54,251 nt of DNA from Octopus bimaculoides (taxonomy: Eukaryota), in the NCBI RefSeq assembly GCF_001194135.2, contig NC_068985.1:119697757-119752007 (forward strand). The letters run 5' to 3'. The position numbers were made by a program, and so were the translations under genes. The notes under the pieces are model-generated. The model did no database searches. It saw only the letters and a list, made by a program, of their open reading frames with translations, and was not told the DNA's origin. This document shows, piece after piece, positions 26,396 through 38,830 of this stretch. How positions within the stretch are numbered: position 1 is the stretch's first letter; each line of letters opens with the position of its first letter.

Positions 26396-27703
26396 TTTTA
26401 TTAACTTACTGTACTGAATAATGATCGATGATGGGACGCGACATCAAATACAATAGGTCTCTGATGTACTAATGTATCACTTATGTGTATTTCTATGGAA
26501 GCAACATTTTCAGTGAAGCTCCAAACAACAATGAATTATGTGAGCTATTTGTTTTTGCCTTGCAGACAAATGTGCTCCCGGTAAAATTTGAATCATTGGT
26601 GCTTTAAAAAGTAAATTGATAAATATTAGATCGATAATTCTAGCTGTTTTAACGACTTCCTAAACTTCCATTGTGTAATAATTCCTTGACCGTGATATAC
26701 TTGGATTGCAAAGAAATTCAGGTAGTTAGATTTAATACTATGTGAAACTTTACATGGCACCTTGGTTTACTGGATACAGACCATTTAGCAGTCATATAGT
26801 GGCAAAAATATCACGATTTGCGCTAATGGATCATGTTTTACATGTCTGGTGTGGTCAACATACTATCAAAGATAGTAAAAATATAATATGCTTTATTTTA
26901 GATGAATCTCAGTAGAGTGTAAAGTTTGTTCAGCTCTATTATATAATCGATATTTAAATAGCTTTTCATTTTCTTTTTGTTATTACGGGATCTGCATCTT
27001 TTCGTAAATCGATTTTAACATTTTGAAAGAACTGATAAATCTATTTGATGTGTTTCAAATTGTTAATTTCAAAATTGCTAGCTGCAAGGTTCATCTATAG
27101 TTTAACATTACGCAGGATATCCAGATTTTCAGTTAGCTTTCTGCATTAGAATTCATTGTTGATTGCAAACTCTGCAATTTTCATTGCAGGTAACTATCAG
27201 AAATCTTTGAATAAATGAAATGTTTTTGAAATTCTTAATTTTAAGGCTAAAGCAGCGGAATTAAAATGATAAATACATTATGATATAATACGTTATACAT
27301 TAGTGATTGCATTTGCTAAACTGTAGCAAGCAGAACAGAGAGAAAATATACACAAAGAAATGGCTAGAAGATATATATTGGTTTTATGGAAACAAAAATA
27401 TCTCTCCATAGGCACAGAAAAATATACATATGTAACACAACTTTACATTTACTCTTAGAAATACATGGATGTATAAGTGGATCTCTAGAATGCATTTGGG
27501 CATATTTTGAACAGTGTTACGGAAAGGTTGTCTTCTTGGAACATATCTCTGCTATACTGTATTTTATCAGTGATAATGCAATCGCTTCTTATGTATAGCT
27601 TCAGAATGAAGTCGAATCAACTATGGCTTTGATTCTGCACTTTGAAACTTTCGCAAGAAGAAGGGTTTCTAGCATCCTCAAATTGGTTAAAAAGTTAAAA
27701 GCT

Positions 27704-28088
27704 GTATATATGTATGCATGTGTGTTGTTATTTACTTTTTATTTCAAGATTTCATGCCAGTAGAGGTAGATCCGATTTCTAACTTAGGGCCAAAGATCTT
27801 TCATTGGAATTTCAACATCAAAAGTGTATGTATGTATGTGTATGCATGTATGTATGTATGCATGTATGTATGTATGCATGTATGTATGTATGTATGTATA
27901 TGTGTAGATTTGTATGTTTTGTTTTATATATGTATTCTCATGCATATAGTTGCATGTCTAGATATGCTCATATATACTTAAATGAACTTCTGGAAAGCTT
28001 TACAGATTTTTATAGTTCCAGTGGTGGCTTCGATCTGTATCCACCGAATTAGTTTTGAGGAACCTAATTTCTCAAAATTGGTATTTAA
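27704..28088 (-). mobile_element. Short 3'-end copy (A) of the same RLE LINE, in tandem with copy B
   Basis: Peptide LNTNFEKLGSSKLIRWIQIEATTGTIKICKAFQKFI* (stop 27980-27978). Its 3'UTR aligns by eye with 28100-28400. Confidence 0.85.
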
Positions 28089-29874
28089 GTATGTATGTAT
28101 GTCATTATTCAGTTTATTTGAAGGTTACTTGCCAATAGAGAAAGAAACGGTTTCTAACCTAGATCAAAGGTTCCTTCACTGGAATTTCAACATCAACAAC
28201 AGGGTATTTTTGTTTGTTTGTTTGTACGTATGTATGTATGTATGTATGTATGTATGTATGTATGTATGTATGTATGTATGTGCAGATTTGTATGTTTTAT
28301 GTATGTATTCTCATGCATATAGCTACATATCTAGACATGCTCATATATCTTTAAATGATAAACTTCTGGAAAGTTTTACAGATTTTTACAGTTGCAGTGA
28401 TGGAATTAGCTTTCTCCTTTCTGGTTTTTGAGAAACCTAATTTCTCAAGACTGATATTTAGGCAGTGTGTTACATACCCCAGGGCTCCATTAATTACAGG
28501 TATAAACTTGAACTTGTAATCTGGATAGAGCAACTGTAGATTTCTCAATAGTTCAGCATAGGTGTTTTTTTTTCACTGATCTTCAGCTTTATGTTAACAT
28601 CCTCTGGGCAGCTAATCTCCACAACGGTGAACAATTTCTCTTCTCTATCCCAAATCATTATATCAGGTCTGTTGTGCTTCTCTATCCCAAATCATTATAT
28701 CGAGGTCTTCATTTGTACATTCCACCAGTATTCCATTTCATTATGAGTAGCTATGGCTTCTACCACATTGAGTTTTTATTTCTTTGTCCTCGGGATTTTC
28801 CTTCCGACGGATTTCATTATGGAGTATCCTAGCTGCAACGTCATGACTTATCGTCAGATAATATCGTGATGACATTTTCGGACAACTGCTTATGATATGG
28901 GGGATATCTTCAGTGTGAACTCCACAAAATCTGCATCGGTTGGCAAATTTTGCGACTTTCCCCGCATCTCTATCCATTTTCTGCATCAGTTACTTGGATG
29001 ATATTTCCTGTTCCTGGTTTGCAAACGTATACCCTTCAAAGTGGAAGGTAGTAATCCGGCTGTTCGTCCATGATAAACTGCTTTGATGATCAATGATACT
29101 ATCATCACGGCGCTTTCTACTAACATATCCATGCATGTGCTTCTTCTCATATAGGCTCATCCTTTCATCTGATGATATATTGTAGTAGAGTCGTGCGAGT
29201 TCTTTGGGCATGTATTCTAGGTTATTAGACAAAGTGTTGCTCAAGGAGCTGCCTTCCAAGTCTTATGATGTTATCAGCTTCATGCATGAAAACTTGGTCA
29301 AGGGATGAACTTCGACGCTTGGTGGTTAAAAGATGTTGCCGAAGGGATATGATACGACATTGAAAGGCATTTTGGATCGATGTTAAGCTTCTGCCACCTG
29401 GTTTACGTTTTAGGTAGAGGTGATCTACATCACTGTTTATGTGGAAATTATGTGTGCTTGTTAGTATTTTTCGGGTTTTCACATCAATGTCTCGGATCTC
29501 ATCAAGCGTCCAGTCAGGCAGCCCAAATGTTGGTATGAGTACTGGCACTGCAAACACATTATGGGCCACTGTTTTATTGAATGCATGGAGTTCTGAGATC
29601 CAAATTTTCTTTATTCGGCTGTAATATTCTTTAGTGACACGTGTTTTGTTACAGGTGACACTGTAAGATATATTTTCATCCACCCCTAGATACCTGTAAC
29701 ATTCCTCGGCTTATACAGGGGGAACAGTTAAACCATTGACGGAGATGTTACTAGTATAGTTTATAAGTTTTTCCCACTTTTCACAACCATATAACATTTA
29801 TCCTGACCAAACTCCAACTCTATATCCTTTGAAAATGTTGTAACTAGGGCAAGGCTCTTTTTCATTTCATGCTT
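28089..29874 (-). mobile_element. 5'-truncated R4/Dong-like RLE LINE, copy B
   Basis: Post-YxDD RT segment (LEFGQDKC, YRYLGVDE, EYYSRIKKIW), CCHC knuckle CRFCGVHTEDIPHIISSC, HD motif, RPDIMIWD..E endonuclease and C-terminal PVINGALG. The 3'UTR has an internal (CATA)n tract and a (CATA)n tail. Confidence 0.9.
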
Positions 29875-30150
29875 GTATGTATGTATGTATGTATGTATGT
29901 ATGTATGTATGTATGTATGTGTGTATGTATGTATGTGCGTGTGTTTGTGTGTGTACTTTTATAATATATGTGTAAGTATAAATGCATGCATTTATAAGTA
30001 TTGTTTATAAGTATATATAAATATTTATGTATGCATGTCTCTCTCTCTCTCTCTCTCTCTCTCTAGTTATGTCTGTTTGTTTGTATTGCAGACAGTGTCC
30101 AAAGATTGCAGAGAAATTGCCGAATTGTTAGGTCTGATACACACACACAT

Positions 30151-30198
<48 letters not shown>

Positions 30199-32169
30199 TC
30201 ACTCGCATGCACACAAGCACACACTCACACACATGCTCACACACACATTCGCACACATACACACTTCTACTGTTTCTCAGTTCGTATATTTTAACATAAA
30301 CGAGGTAGCAAGGCTTGGTTTGTATGGGAGATAACGTTTGGTGCTCGCTAAGCTGTTTCCTGTTTTCAATCGTTGACTATAGATATTTAAGTATCTTAAC
30401 ATTTTTAGAATATACATATATGTGTACGTACATGCATACATGAATACATGCATGCATGCATACATACATACAGTCATGTATACATACTTAGCTACAATTC
30501 TAGCTACTTTTCCCCCCTCTTATTTGTCTATCCACTTGTCTGCTTACGTACGTGTGTACATACGTACGTACTACCTTCCTACCAACATACATACCTACCT
30601 TCCTACCAACATACCTACCTACCTACCTACCTACCTTCCTTCCTTCCTTCCTTCCTTCCTTCTTTCCTTCCTTCCTTCCTTCTTACATATATATATATAT
30701 ATATATATATAACACATTTACACATATTTCTGTGCGTGTATATGTTTGTATGTATTTGTGTATGTGAATGTATGTGCGTGTGTGATAGAATTTCCTTACA
30801 ATGATAGAAAGAAATCTAGAGGACAATTGCAGGAAATGAAAAAAAAAATATTATGATTATTAGAATCATTCACGTGAAGAACAATATTGAAATATCTGTC
30901 AATTTGTTTGTACAGCAAGATTATATCACTATAACAATGAATCAATTGGGTAAGTGATGGTTTAATCATTATATAAGAAATAACAATTGTCGTGATGGTA
31001 TTTGTTGTTTTCGTTTTGTCGATAGCTGTCTCCTATTTGTTATGGGCGAGGGCATTGATATAGTCTTATTCTTATTGTTTAATTCCAAGTTGGTCCTCAT
31101 CGAACAGATCTGTCATCAAATACATTCCATTGTGAGACTTTCTCCATTTTGCTTTGGTCTTGAGTAACTTAGAAAGCGCAACTATTTAATGTAAATTTTA
31201 TTTTTACGAATGTAGAGTGTGGTATGAAGTATGTTTCTCTCCTATTTCTAATAGGTGCAGTAACGATGGAGAACCTTAAATTAATGGTGGTTCTAATGTT
31301 AGCACAATTTACGTCTTACATTGATATTGATGTTATTTAACTCTACAAACTTTCAAACGGGCAGTCGAGTCTTTCAAAGTTTTCTTGCCAACAATCTCTG
31401 AAAACTGTGAAAAGAGCTCAGAGGAACTGGTTTTCTATATAGACTAAACCATAAAAATGACCATTCCAGCTGTGATCACTAGCTCTTTTTTGGACACAGG
31501 CAGGACTGGTGCAATGACTTAAGAATCACAGATTAGTGCATGGTGTGACATAAAATCAATGGAAGTTGGCTATCCCTTAGCATTAACATTCAGATTACTC
31601 TGTCAAATATAATGGTTATTGATTCATATTGTTTTGAATTAATCATGCGTTGTCTTGTAGCTTCAAGATATTAATGACGTGTTTGTTTATTTTTAGCATG
31701 GCATTGTGTAGAGTAGGTTGTGAGAGGCACAATTTGGTCAATTTGAGCAATTTAGATATAAAACAGGCGGAATATTTGTGCCTTTACATGATAAAGTGTT
31801 AAGCTTGTTCGTATTAGAAGGTAATACTGCATCTACAGATACACCGTCGGTATAACTGGTCTGGGTTAGACAGCTATAGAAAGGAAGCCAAACTGGGAGA
31901 ACGACAACATCAATCATAAATATTCATTGCCTATGTCTGCCTCCTAATATGCGAATGTAGCAGTAAATTGGGTTGAAAGAGATTCATTTCTAACAAACCT
32001 GTCTATGTCGAAAAGAGCTTGTGATCTGACGTTCAGTCATAGGTAGAAGAATATCCATTAATTTCAAGTCTATATTATCTAATGTATCCTTTCCTGATTG
32101 GAAACCGTAGGTTATGATTTTGACGGAAATTTGGCTGCTAATATTAGCAGTGACTAACCGCATAGAAGC

Positions 32170-32820
32170 TATTGGGTTGTCCGGAAAGTTCGTGCCAATT
32201 TTTTAAGGAAAGAAAAGGTCAATACTCTCTTTACTCTTTTACTCTTTTACTTGTTTCAGCCATTTGACTGCGGCCATGCTGGAGCACCGCCTTTAGTCCA
32301 ACAAATCGACCCCACGACTTATTCTTTGTAAGCCTAGTACTTATTCTATCGGTCTCTTTTGCCGAACCGCTAAGTTACGGGGACGTAAACACACCAGCAT
32401 CGGTTGTCAAGCGATGGTGGAGGGAGGGGGGGCAAACACAGACACACATACATATATATATACATATATACGACAGCCTTCTTTCAGTTTCCGTCTACCA
32501 AATCCACTCACAAGGGTTTGGTCGGCCCGAGGCTATAGTAGAAGACATTTGCCCAAGGTGCCACACAGTGGGACTGAACCCAGAACCATGTGGTTGGTAA
32601 GCAAGCTACTTACCACACAGCCACTCCTGCGCCAATAAATACTTTTTTAATCAAATTACATTTTTAATCAACCAAATATGAGCCATTTTGTGGCACAATG
32701 CGTCTCCATCTTTCCTTTAAGTTGAAAATACCCTCTTCCCAGAATTAAGGTGGTTTCGTGGCAAATAAATCGAAAGGAAAGCTACTATAAATCGGCATGA
32801 ACTTTCCGGACAACACAATA
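32170..32820 (-). mobile_element. Mariner-derived MITE (~240 bp) interrupted by a SINE
   Basis: TIRs of ~30 bp (TA-TTGGGTTGTCCGGAAAGTTCGTGCC / GGCATGAACTTTCCGGACAACACAA-TA). The minus strand retains a mariner C-terminus-like peptide GIFNLKERWRRIVPQNGSYLVD*. Confidence 0.85.
32225..32632 (-). mobile_element. Well-preserved SINE family B nested in the mariner MITE
   Basis: Complete from head to (TTTACTC)n-type tail; the MITE flanks join when it is removed. Confidence 0.9.
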
Positions 32821-33984
32821 CTTTGAACGAGTAGCTTTATTTGTTTCTAATAATGTTATTTAGGTCAGATGTAACATTTTAGATGTTGGTCAGCTGGAAG
32901 TGTATATAAAGATGTTATCAAAGAGAGATTGTTATAAATATATTATTGTTTCGTGTATGATGAAGTTGGATCTGTAGTTGTTCAACTACTCGTTAAATTC
33001 GTTGGTGCACAGCTTGTAAATGTCCTACCGATGAAGGTCCCTCATAATCACCATCTCCACTAATAATATGACCACCACCTTCAGCAACAACATCAACATC
33101 AACACCAGCACGCGCACCGCAGCACATCACTACAAGAATGGCGGCATCACTACAAGAATGGCGGCATCACTACCACTGGTGAGAACTTTGTAGGTGCTCG
33201 GCCTACAGAAATATCGATTAAATATTCCTCATGTGATAATCTACGCATTTAAATAAGGACATAGCACAATCAATGGCTTATAAGAGAATACTATGGAGAC
33301 GGACGTTGTATATTGAGGAGGATCTTGATTTTTCATAGAAATAAAAATATTTAAATCAGGTACATTTGTATTTCAATGACATTTTCAAAAAAGCCTTTGT
33401 CGGGTTCGAAATATGAGGAGGAAATCGTAATTATCAATAAGCAGAACATGAATGATGTTGCACTAAAGTTTATTAAATTTCTTTATAAAAGTCAACATCT
33501 TTTTAGTAATTTTCATAAAAAAATTAACAGATCTGAGGCACTGATCTACGCAAATATTTGCCGATGTGGTGGGCAACAAACATAGCGCCAGTACGATTCA
33601 AATGATATTTTTTTTTAAATCATGAGAATGGGGCGTTTCAATTGTAGACTTACGTACACTCAAAAGGAGAGGATGGAGAGGGTTTTGTGACTGATAGTAG
33701 AAAGCAACCAGTAGTCCCCGAACCAGAGACATGTTGTCAATGCTATCGATAGCAGTGGTGTTCGAGCTGGAAAAATTCTAGTTAACAGATAATTTCATTT
33801 AAAATACATGTACTTGCAGTTGCCATAATTAAAATAACATCAATAAAAGCATGATTTAATAACACTAAGGAGGAATTATAAATAACTGCAGCAACAGTAG
33901 TTCTTTTATTAGTATCATTATTGTGGTTTTTTGACAATAGATATACACGTGTAAATAGATGCACACAAACATATAGACACACTA

Positions 33985-34051
<67 letters not shown>

Positions 34052-34613
34052 AATAGCTTATAGGGGAGGCTTTCAGCGGATAAGAACGAGCGGACACATA
34101 CAAAAAAAAAGGAAGGAAACACAAGGATACTGACACGAACATACACACATAAAACCTCACAAACACACATATGCATCCTCACACCTACACACATACACAC
34201 ATACTTAGATACACACATACTTAGATACACACGTGGGTGGATTGACAAGATTTAATACCCTAGAGCACTTTTCGAAGTACTTACGAATAAACATTTCATT
34301 CATTCATTGACATTAGAATGTGATGCGCATTCGATATTTGGATTCTTCCCGTAGCCAAGATGGGGGTGGGGTAGGGGTGATGTGGCGGCAATAGTACTAG
34401 TAGTAGTAGTGGTTGTTGTAGTATGCTAAATATTGAATTAATAATGAAAGAGTTGGCAAAAGTAGCTGTGATTTGTTTTAATTTAATAGAATATGGAATT
34501 TTAATTGAATGTTGGTATTTTGTCTTGTAATTAGATAAAAAAAAATATTGCGTTAATGAACCAGAAGAATAAATACAATTGAAAACTAATAGGAATGATA
34601 TACATACATACAT

Positions 34614-34657
<44 letters not shown>

Positions 34658-34659
<2 letters not shown>

Positions 34660-34996
34660 TACTACTAAAGCAGCGCGGACCCGAACGCGCAGTCGCGCAG
34701 TCGTGCGTCCGCGCTAGCTAGTCTTGAGTGATCGATCCTAACCCTAACCCTAAACCTAACCCTATCCCTAACCCGCGTGTGCAAATGAATACGTGTTTAG
34801 GGTTAGAGTTAGGGTTAGGAATAGGGTTAGGGTTAGGATCGACCACTTACGACTAGCTAGCGCTACTGCGCGACTGCGCTACTGCGCGACTGCGCTACTG
34901 CGCGACTGCGCTACTGCGCGACTGCGCTACTGCGCGACTGCGCTACTGCGCGACTGCGCTACTGCGCGTTCGGGTCCGCGGTGCTTTAGTAGTACC
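34658..34996 (+). mobile_element. 339-bp foldback/MITE-like element in (TA)n with telomere-like arrays
   Basis: 36-bp TIRs with 1 mismatch (GGTACTACTAAAGCAGCGCGGACCCGAACGCGCAGT), with arms that stay complementary further inward. Contains (CCCTAA)n at 34737-34774, (TTAGGG)n at 34797-34837 and a 16-bp array at 34861-34968. Confidence 0.88.
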
Positions 34997-35012
34997 TATA
35001 TATATATATATA

Positions 35013-35332
35013 NNNNNNNNNNNNNNNNNNNNNNNNNNNNNNNNNNNNNNNNNNNNNNNNNNNNNNNNNNNNNNNNNNNNNNNNNNNNNNNNNNNNNNNN
35101 NNNNNNNNNNNNNNNNNNNNNNNNNNNNNNNNNNNNNNNNNNNNNNNNNNNNNNNNNNNNNNNNNNNNNNNNNNNNNNNNNNNNNNNNNNNNNNNNNNNN
35201 NNNNNNNNNNNNNNNNNNNNNNNNNNNNNNNNNNNNNNNNNNNNNNNNNNNNNNNNNNNNNNNNNNNNNNNNNNNNNNNNNNNNNNNNNNNNNNNNNNNN
35301 NNNNNNNNNNNNNNNNNNNNNNNNNNNNNNNN
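35013..35332. other. Assembly gap
   Basis: N-run flanked by TA. Confidence 1.
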
Positions 35333-35336
35333 TATA

Positions 35337-35430
35337 TGGAAAAATGACAAAGTAGAACATGCTAAAATACTTTTATAAAGAACATTACAGAACCGGTTTC
35401 GATCCTTGAGATCTTTTCAACAGTAAATAT
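35337..35430 (-). mobile_element. Second hammerhead-like repeat fragment next to (TA)n and a gap
   Basis: The minus strand reads CTGTTGAAAA-GATC-TCAAG-GATC-GAAACCGGTTC (35423-35390). Confidence 0.45.
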
Positions 35431-35746
35431 GAACAATAGATTTTTGAAAAATTATTGAAAAATTAAATTTTGGTAAATTTAAAAGAAAAGTCTTTTTAAA
35501 GACATATTTGTATAGTATTCAAGTAACAGCGGCATTTTTCTTGTTTCTGCCTGTCTCTGTCTCACCTGTTAAATCTTGTGGGTTCGAAGAAGGACTGCTA
35601 TGATAGTAGTAGTGTTGATTGGTTGGGTGTCCTGACATTGACCATCAACAGGTCAATGTCAGGTCAATATTTACGAGCTCGAAATGTAATTTACCAGTAC
35701 TGTACTGTAACTGATGGTTCTCTCTCTCTCTCTGTGTCTGTCTCTA

Positions 35747-35787
<41 letters not shown>

Positions 35788-36200
35788 CGCGCACACACAC
35801 ACACACATTCCCCATCTCACTCTCTCTCACGCACACATACATTACCCCCTTCTCCTCCTCTCTCTCTTCCACTCTCTTTCTCTCCCCTCATCTCTCTCTA
35901 CCTGTTTATCTGCTTCTCGTTATTTTGGAAGAAACTGGCTGTTGTCGCTTTGGAAAAGGAAGTTCCGCCAGTTCAAAAGAAAAACTCAAGACATGCCGTA
36001 TGTCCCGGCATATGTTGCAACAACTCTGACTTGAATGGAGAACCAAGGCATAGCAATTGGAATTCTGCTTTACGGACGGTATATAACTCCTGTTGGAGTT
36101 TCAGAAAATTTCTGTGAATTTGCGTTCTACACAGGGGAATTCACAAGACTAAATATAGACAAAATTTTAATCTCTCGAAATTTCCAAAAAGAAAAAAGAA

Positions 36201-36622
36201 CAAATTTTACTCTTTTACTTGTTTCATTCATTTGATTGCTGCCATGGTGGAGCACCGCCTTAATGGGTTGTAGTCGAAAAGATCAATCGCAGGACTTATT
36301 CTTTGTAAGCTTAATACTTATTCTATTGGTCTATTTTGCCGAATCACTAAGTAACGGCAAAATAAGCACACCAACTTCGGTTGTCAAGCGATGGCAGCGT
36401 GGGGGACAAATGCAGAAACACACACACATAAATATATTCATACATACACACACACACACATATACCATGGGATTCTTTCAGTTTCTGTCAACGAAATCCA
36501 CTCACAAGGCTGTGGTCACCTCGACGCTATAGTAGTAGACACTTACCCAACGTTACACGCAATGGGACTGAACCCAAATCATATGGTTCGGAAGCTAGCT
36601 TGTTACTACACAGTCACGCCTG
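36201..36622 (-). mobile_element. SINE family B
   Basis: Full-length match to 32225-32632. Confidence 0.85.
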
Positions 36623-37169
36623 CGAATTTTCTTTTAAAATCACAATTTAAAATAGATGCTGCCCAATTTTTTGGTTTAAATCTCAGCAATAGACCATTAG
36701 ATGTGTTTAGGGGGAGAAAGATATTGAAAAAGCATCAACAGGCCTGACTGACAAACAAACGAGGAGGTATGAGGTAGTCATGAGATGTGCTAAATATAAC
36801 GGCTAAATAACCCTTCCTAAGAATTCCCATGTGTAGAGTACAAATTCGCAAAAATTTTCTGAAAATTTCCCAAAATGAAAAGAAGTTATCAGGGGTTATA
36901 TAGGGTTCAAAAAGCAGAATTCTGCCAAAATGTTTTACCATTTCATTTTTAATTGCTGCATCGTGGTTTTAAACATAGCTACATTTCAAAGAATAGTCAT
37001 TATGGATCTGTAAATTATATCAGAATATTCAAACGTATCAATTGTAAATCTTAGATAATTTCAACTCCATTCCCAAGATTTAGGAAAGATAACTCTTGAT
37101 ATATTTCACGATCGAGTAATAATGTGAAACAGAATCATGGTTTCAGTGTTTGGTAGAACGCTTGTGGAG

Positions 37170-37338
37170 GTCACCTGATTACATGTACCCCAGCACAAGG
37201 TGGACACTTTATATTGTTGACCATGAAAAGATGAAAGGCAAAGTTGACCTCGGCAGGATTTAAGCTCAGAACGTAAAGAGCAGGAAGAAATGCCGCTCAG
37301 CATTTTATCTGATGTGCTAACGATTCTGTCAGCTTGCA
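37170..37338 (-). mobile_element. SINE family A
   Basis: GATGAAAGGCAAAGTTGACCTCGGCAGGATTTAAGCTCAGAACGTAAAGA...GCTAACGATTCTGTCAGC. Confidence 0.8.
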
Positions 37339-38256
37339 ACCTTGACGTACAGCATAAAAATGATAATTAGTAACAACGGTACAACACCCTACATTTTGGT
37401 GGGGGAAAGGACGCAGTTGATATATTCGACACCAAGTAATATTATTCTGACTTCGGAAAAGAGAAAGACAAAGTTGATGTCTGCCGAAAATGAATTCATA
37501 TAAACATAATAAAAGATAAAGCAAAACAAACAAAAAACAAAACAAAACAAAACATTGTGTCCATTTTCTTCTGCCGTTCACGGCATTTTAAATATAACAA
37601 TAAACGACAACAATAACATCAGAATCATGAACGAAGACGAGGACGGCAAGGATAACAACAACAACAAGAATAACAATAACAGAATTAGGATGATGACTAG
37701 AAGTAGGATTCAAAGCAATATTAGTCTCTGTACCAGCAGGTGTAACATGTTCAAGTGAAAAGTAGAACCATTTTAGAACGTTATCCATTTTACTTTAAAT
37801 CACCTTAGGCAGAACGTTTATTCGTTCATCAATAATAGATAACTGTTTCTATGGACATGACGTCAAAAGCCTTCATTAAACTCGATGGTTATCCTGATGA
37901 TGATGATAATGCTGATGGTGATAGTGGTAGTGGTGTGAACGGTGGAGCTCAGCATCATGTTTTGTAATATTGCTCATTTCCGTTCGAGTGAAATTGGACA
38001 GAAAAGTTATAAATAGGGTCGAAAAGAACAAAAAAGTGAGAAAGGCAAATAAATACTGAACGAAACCAAGGGCAAAAGACATGATTATATCTTGATGTCT
38101 TAAACGCTAACCGTTTTTTCAATATCCAATTAAGCTTCATAGATAGCAATATGGTCGGACTAATTGACTTCAAATAAAATATACCTGTATACCTATCTAA
38201 CAAACTACATACCTACCTCATACATATATGATATATCCATTATGCACATGAATGTA

Positions 38257-38356
38257 NNNNNNNNNNNNNNNNNNNNNNNNNNNNNNNNNNNNNNNNNNNN
38301 NNNNNNNNNNNNNNNNNNNNNNNNNNNNNNNNNNNNNNNNNNNNNNNNNNNNNNNN
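38257..38356. other. Assembly gap
   Basis: N-run. Confidence 1.
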
Positions 38357-38554
38357 ACAAAGAAACAAAGAGAGGAAGGAAGGGAAAATGGCAGGAAGGA
38401 AGGAAGGAAGGTCGAAAGAAAGAAAGAAAGTTAAAAAGAAAGAAGGAAAGAAAGATGGAAAGAAAGATGGAAAGGACAGTCAGGTATGCAAAAATACGTA
38501 GATATCTATGCGTGTGTGCAAGTGTGCATGTGTATATGTGTCTTTGTGTCTGTA

Positions 38555-38725
38555 TCTGTCACACACCACAGATTGACGACCGATGTCGGTACGTTTACGC
38601 ATCCATAACCTGGCGGTTGAGAAAAAGAGACCAATAGAATGATTACTGGACTTTAAAAGACGATTGGTTCGGCTAAAATATTTCAAGCTAATACTGCAAC
38701 ATGGCCGTAGCCTCATGACTGAACC
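38555..38725 (+). mobile_element. SINE family B, 3' half
   Basis: TTGACGACCGATGTCGG...AAAGAGACCAATAGAAT...CATGGCCGTAG. Confidence 0.65.
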
Positions 38726-38764
38726 AAATATAAGATAAATGGTGTGTGTGTATATCTATCTATA

Positions 38765-38830
<66 letters not shown>

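Noticed and set aside
33125-33173. 20-bp tandem duplication (others at 18361-18399, 34195-34230, 40727-40764)
   Set aside because: These are ordinary short slippage duplications with no further structure.
34737-34837. Chromosome-fusion scar or true telomere
   Set aside because: The polarity is opposite to an end-to-end fusion, and the arrays are short, degenerate and enclosed by TIRs.
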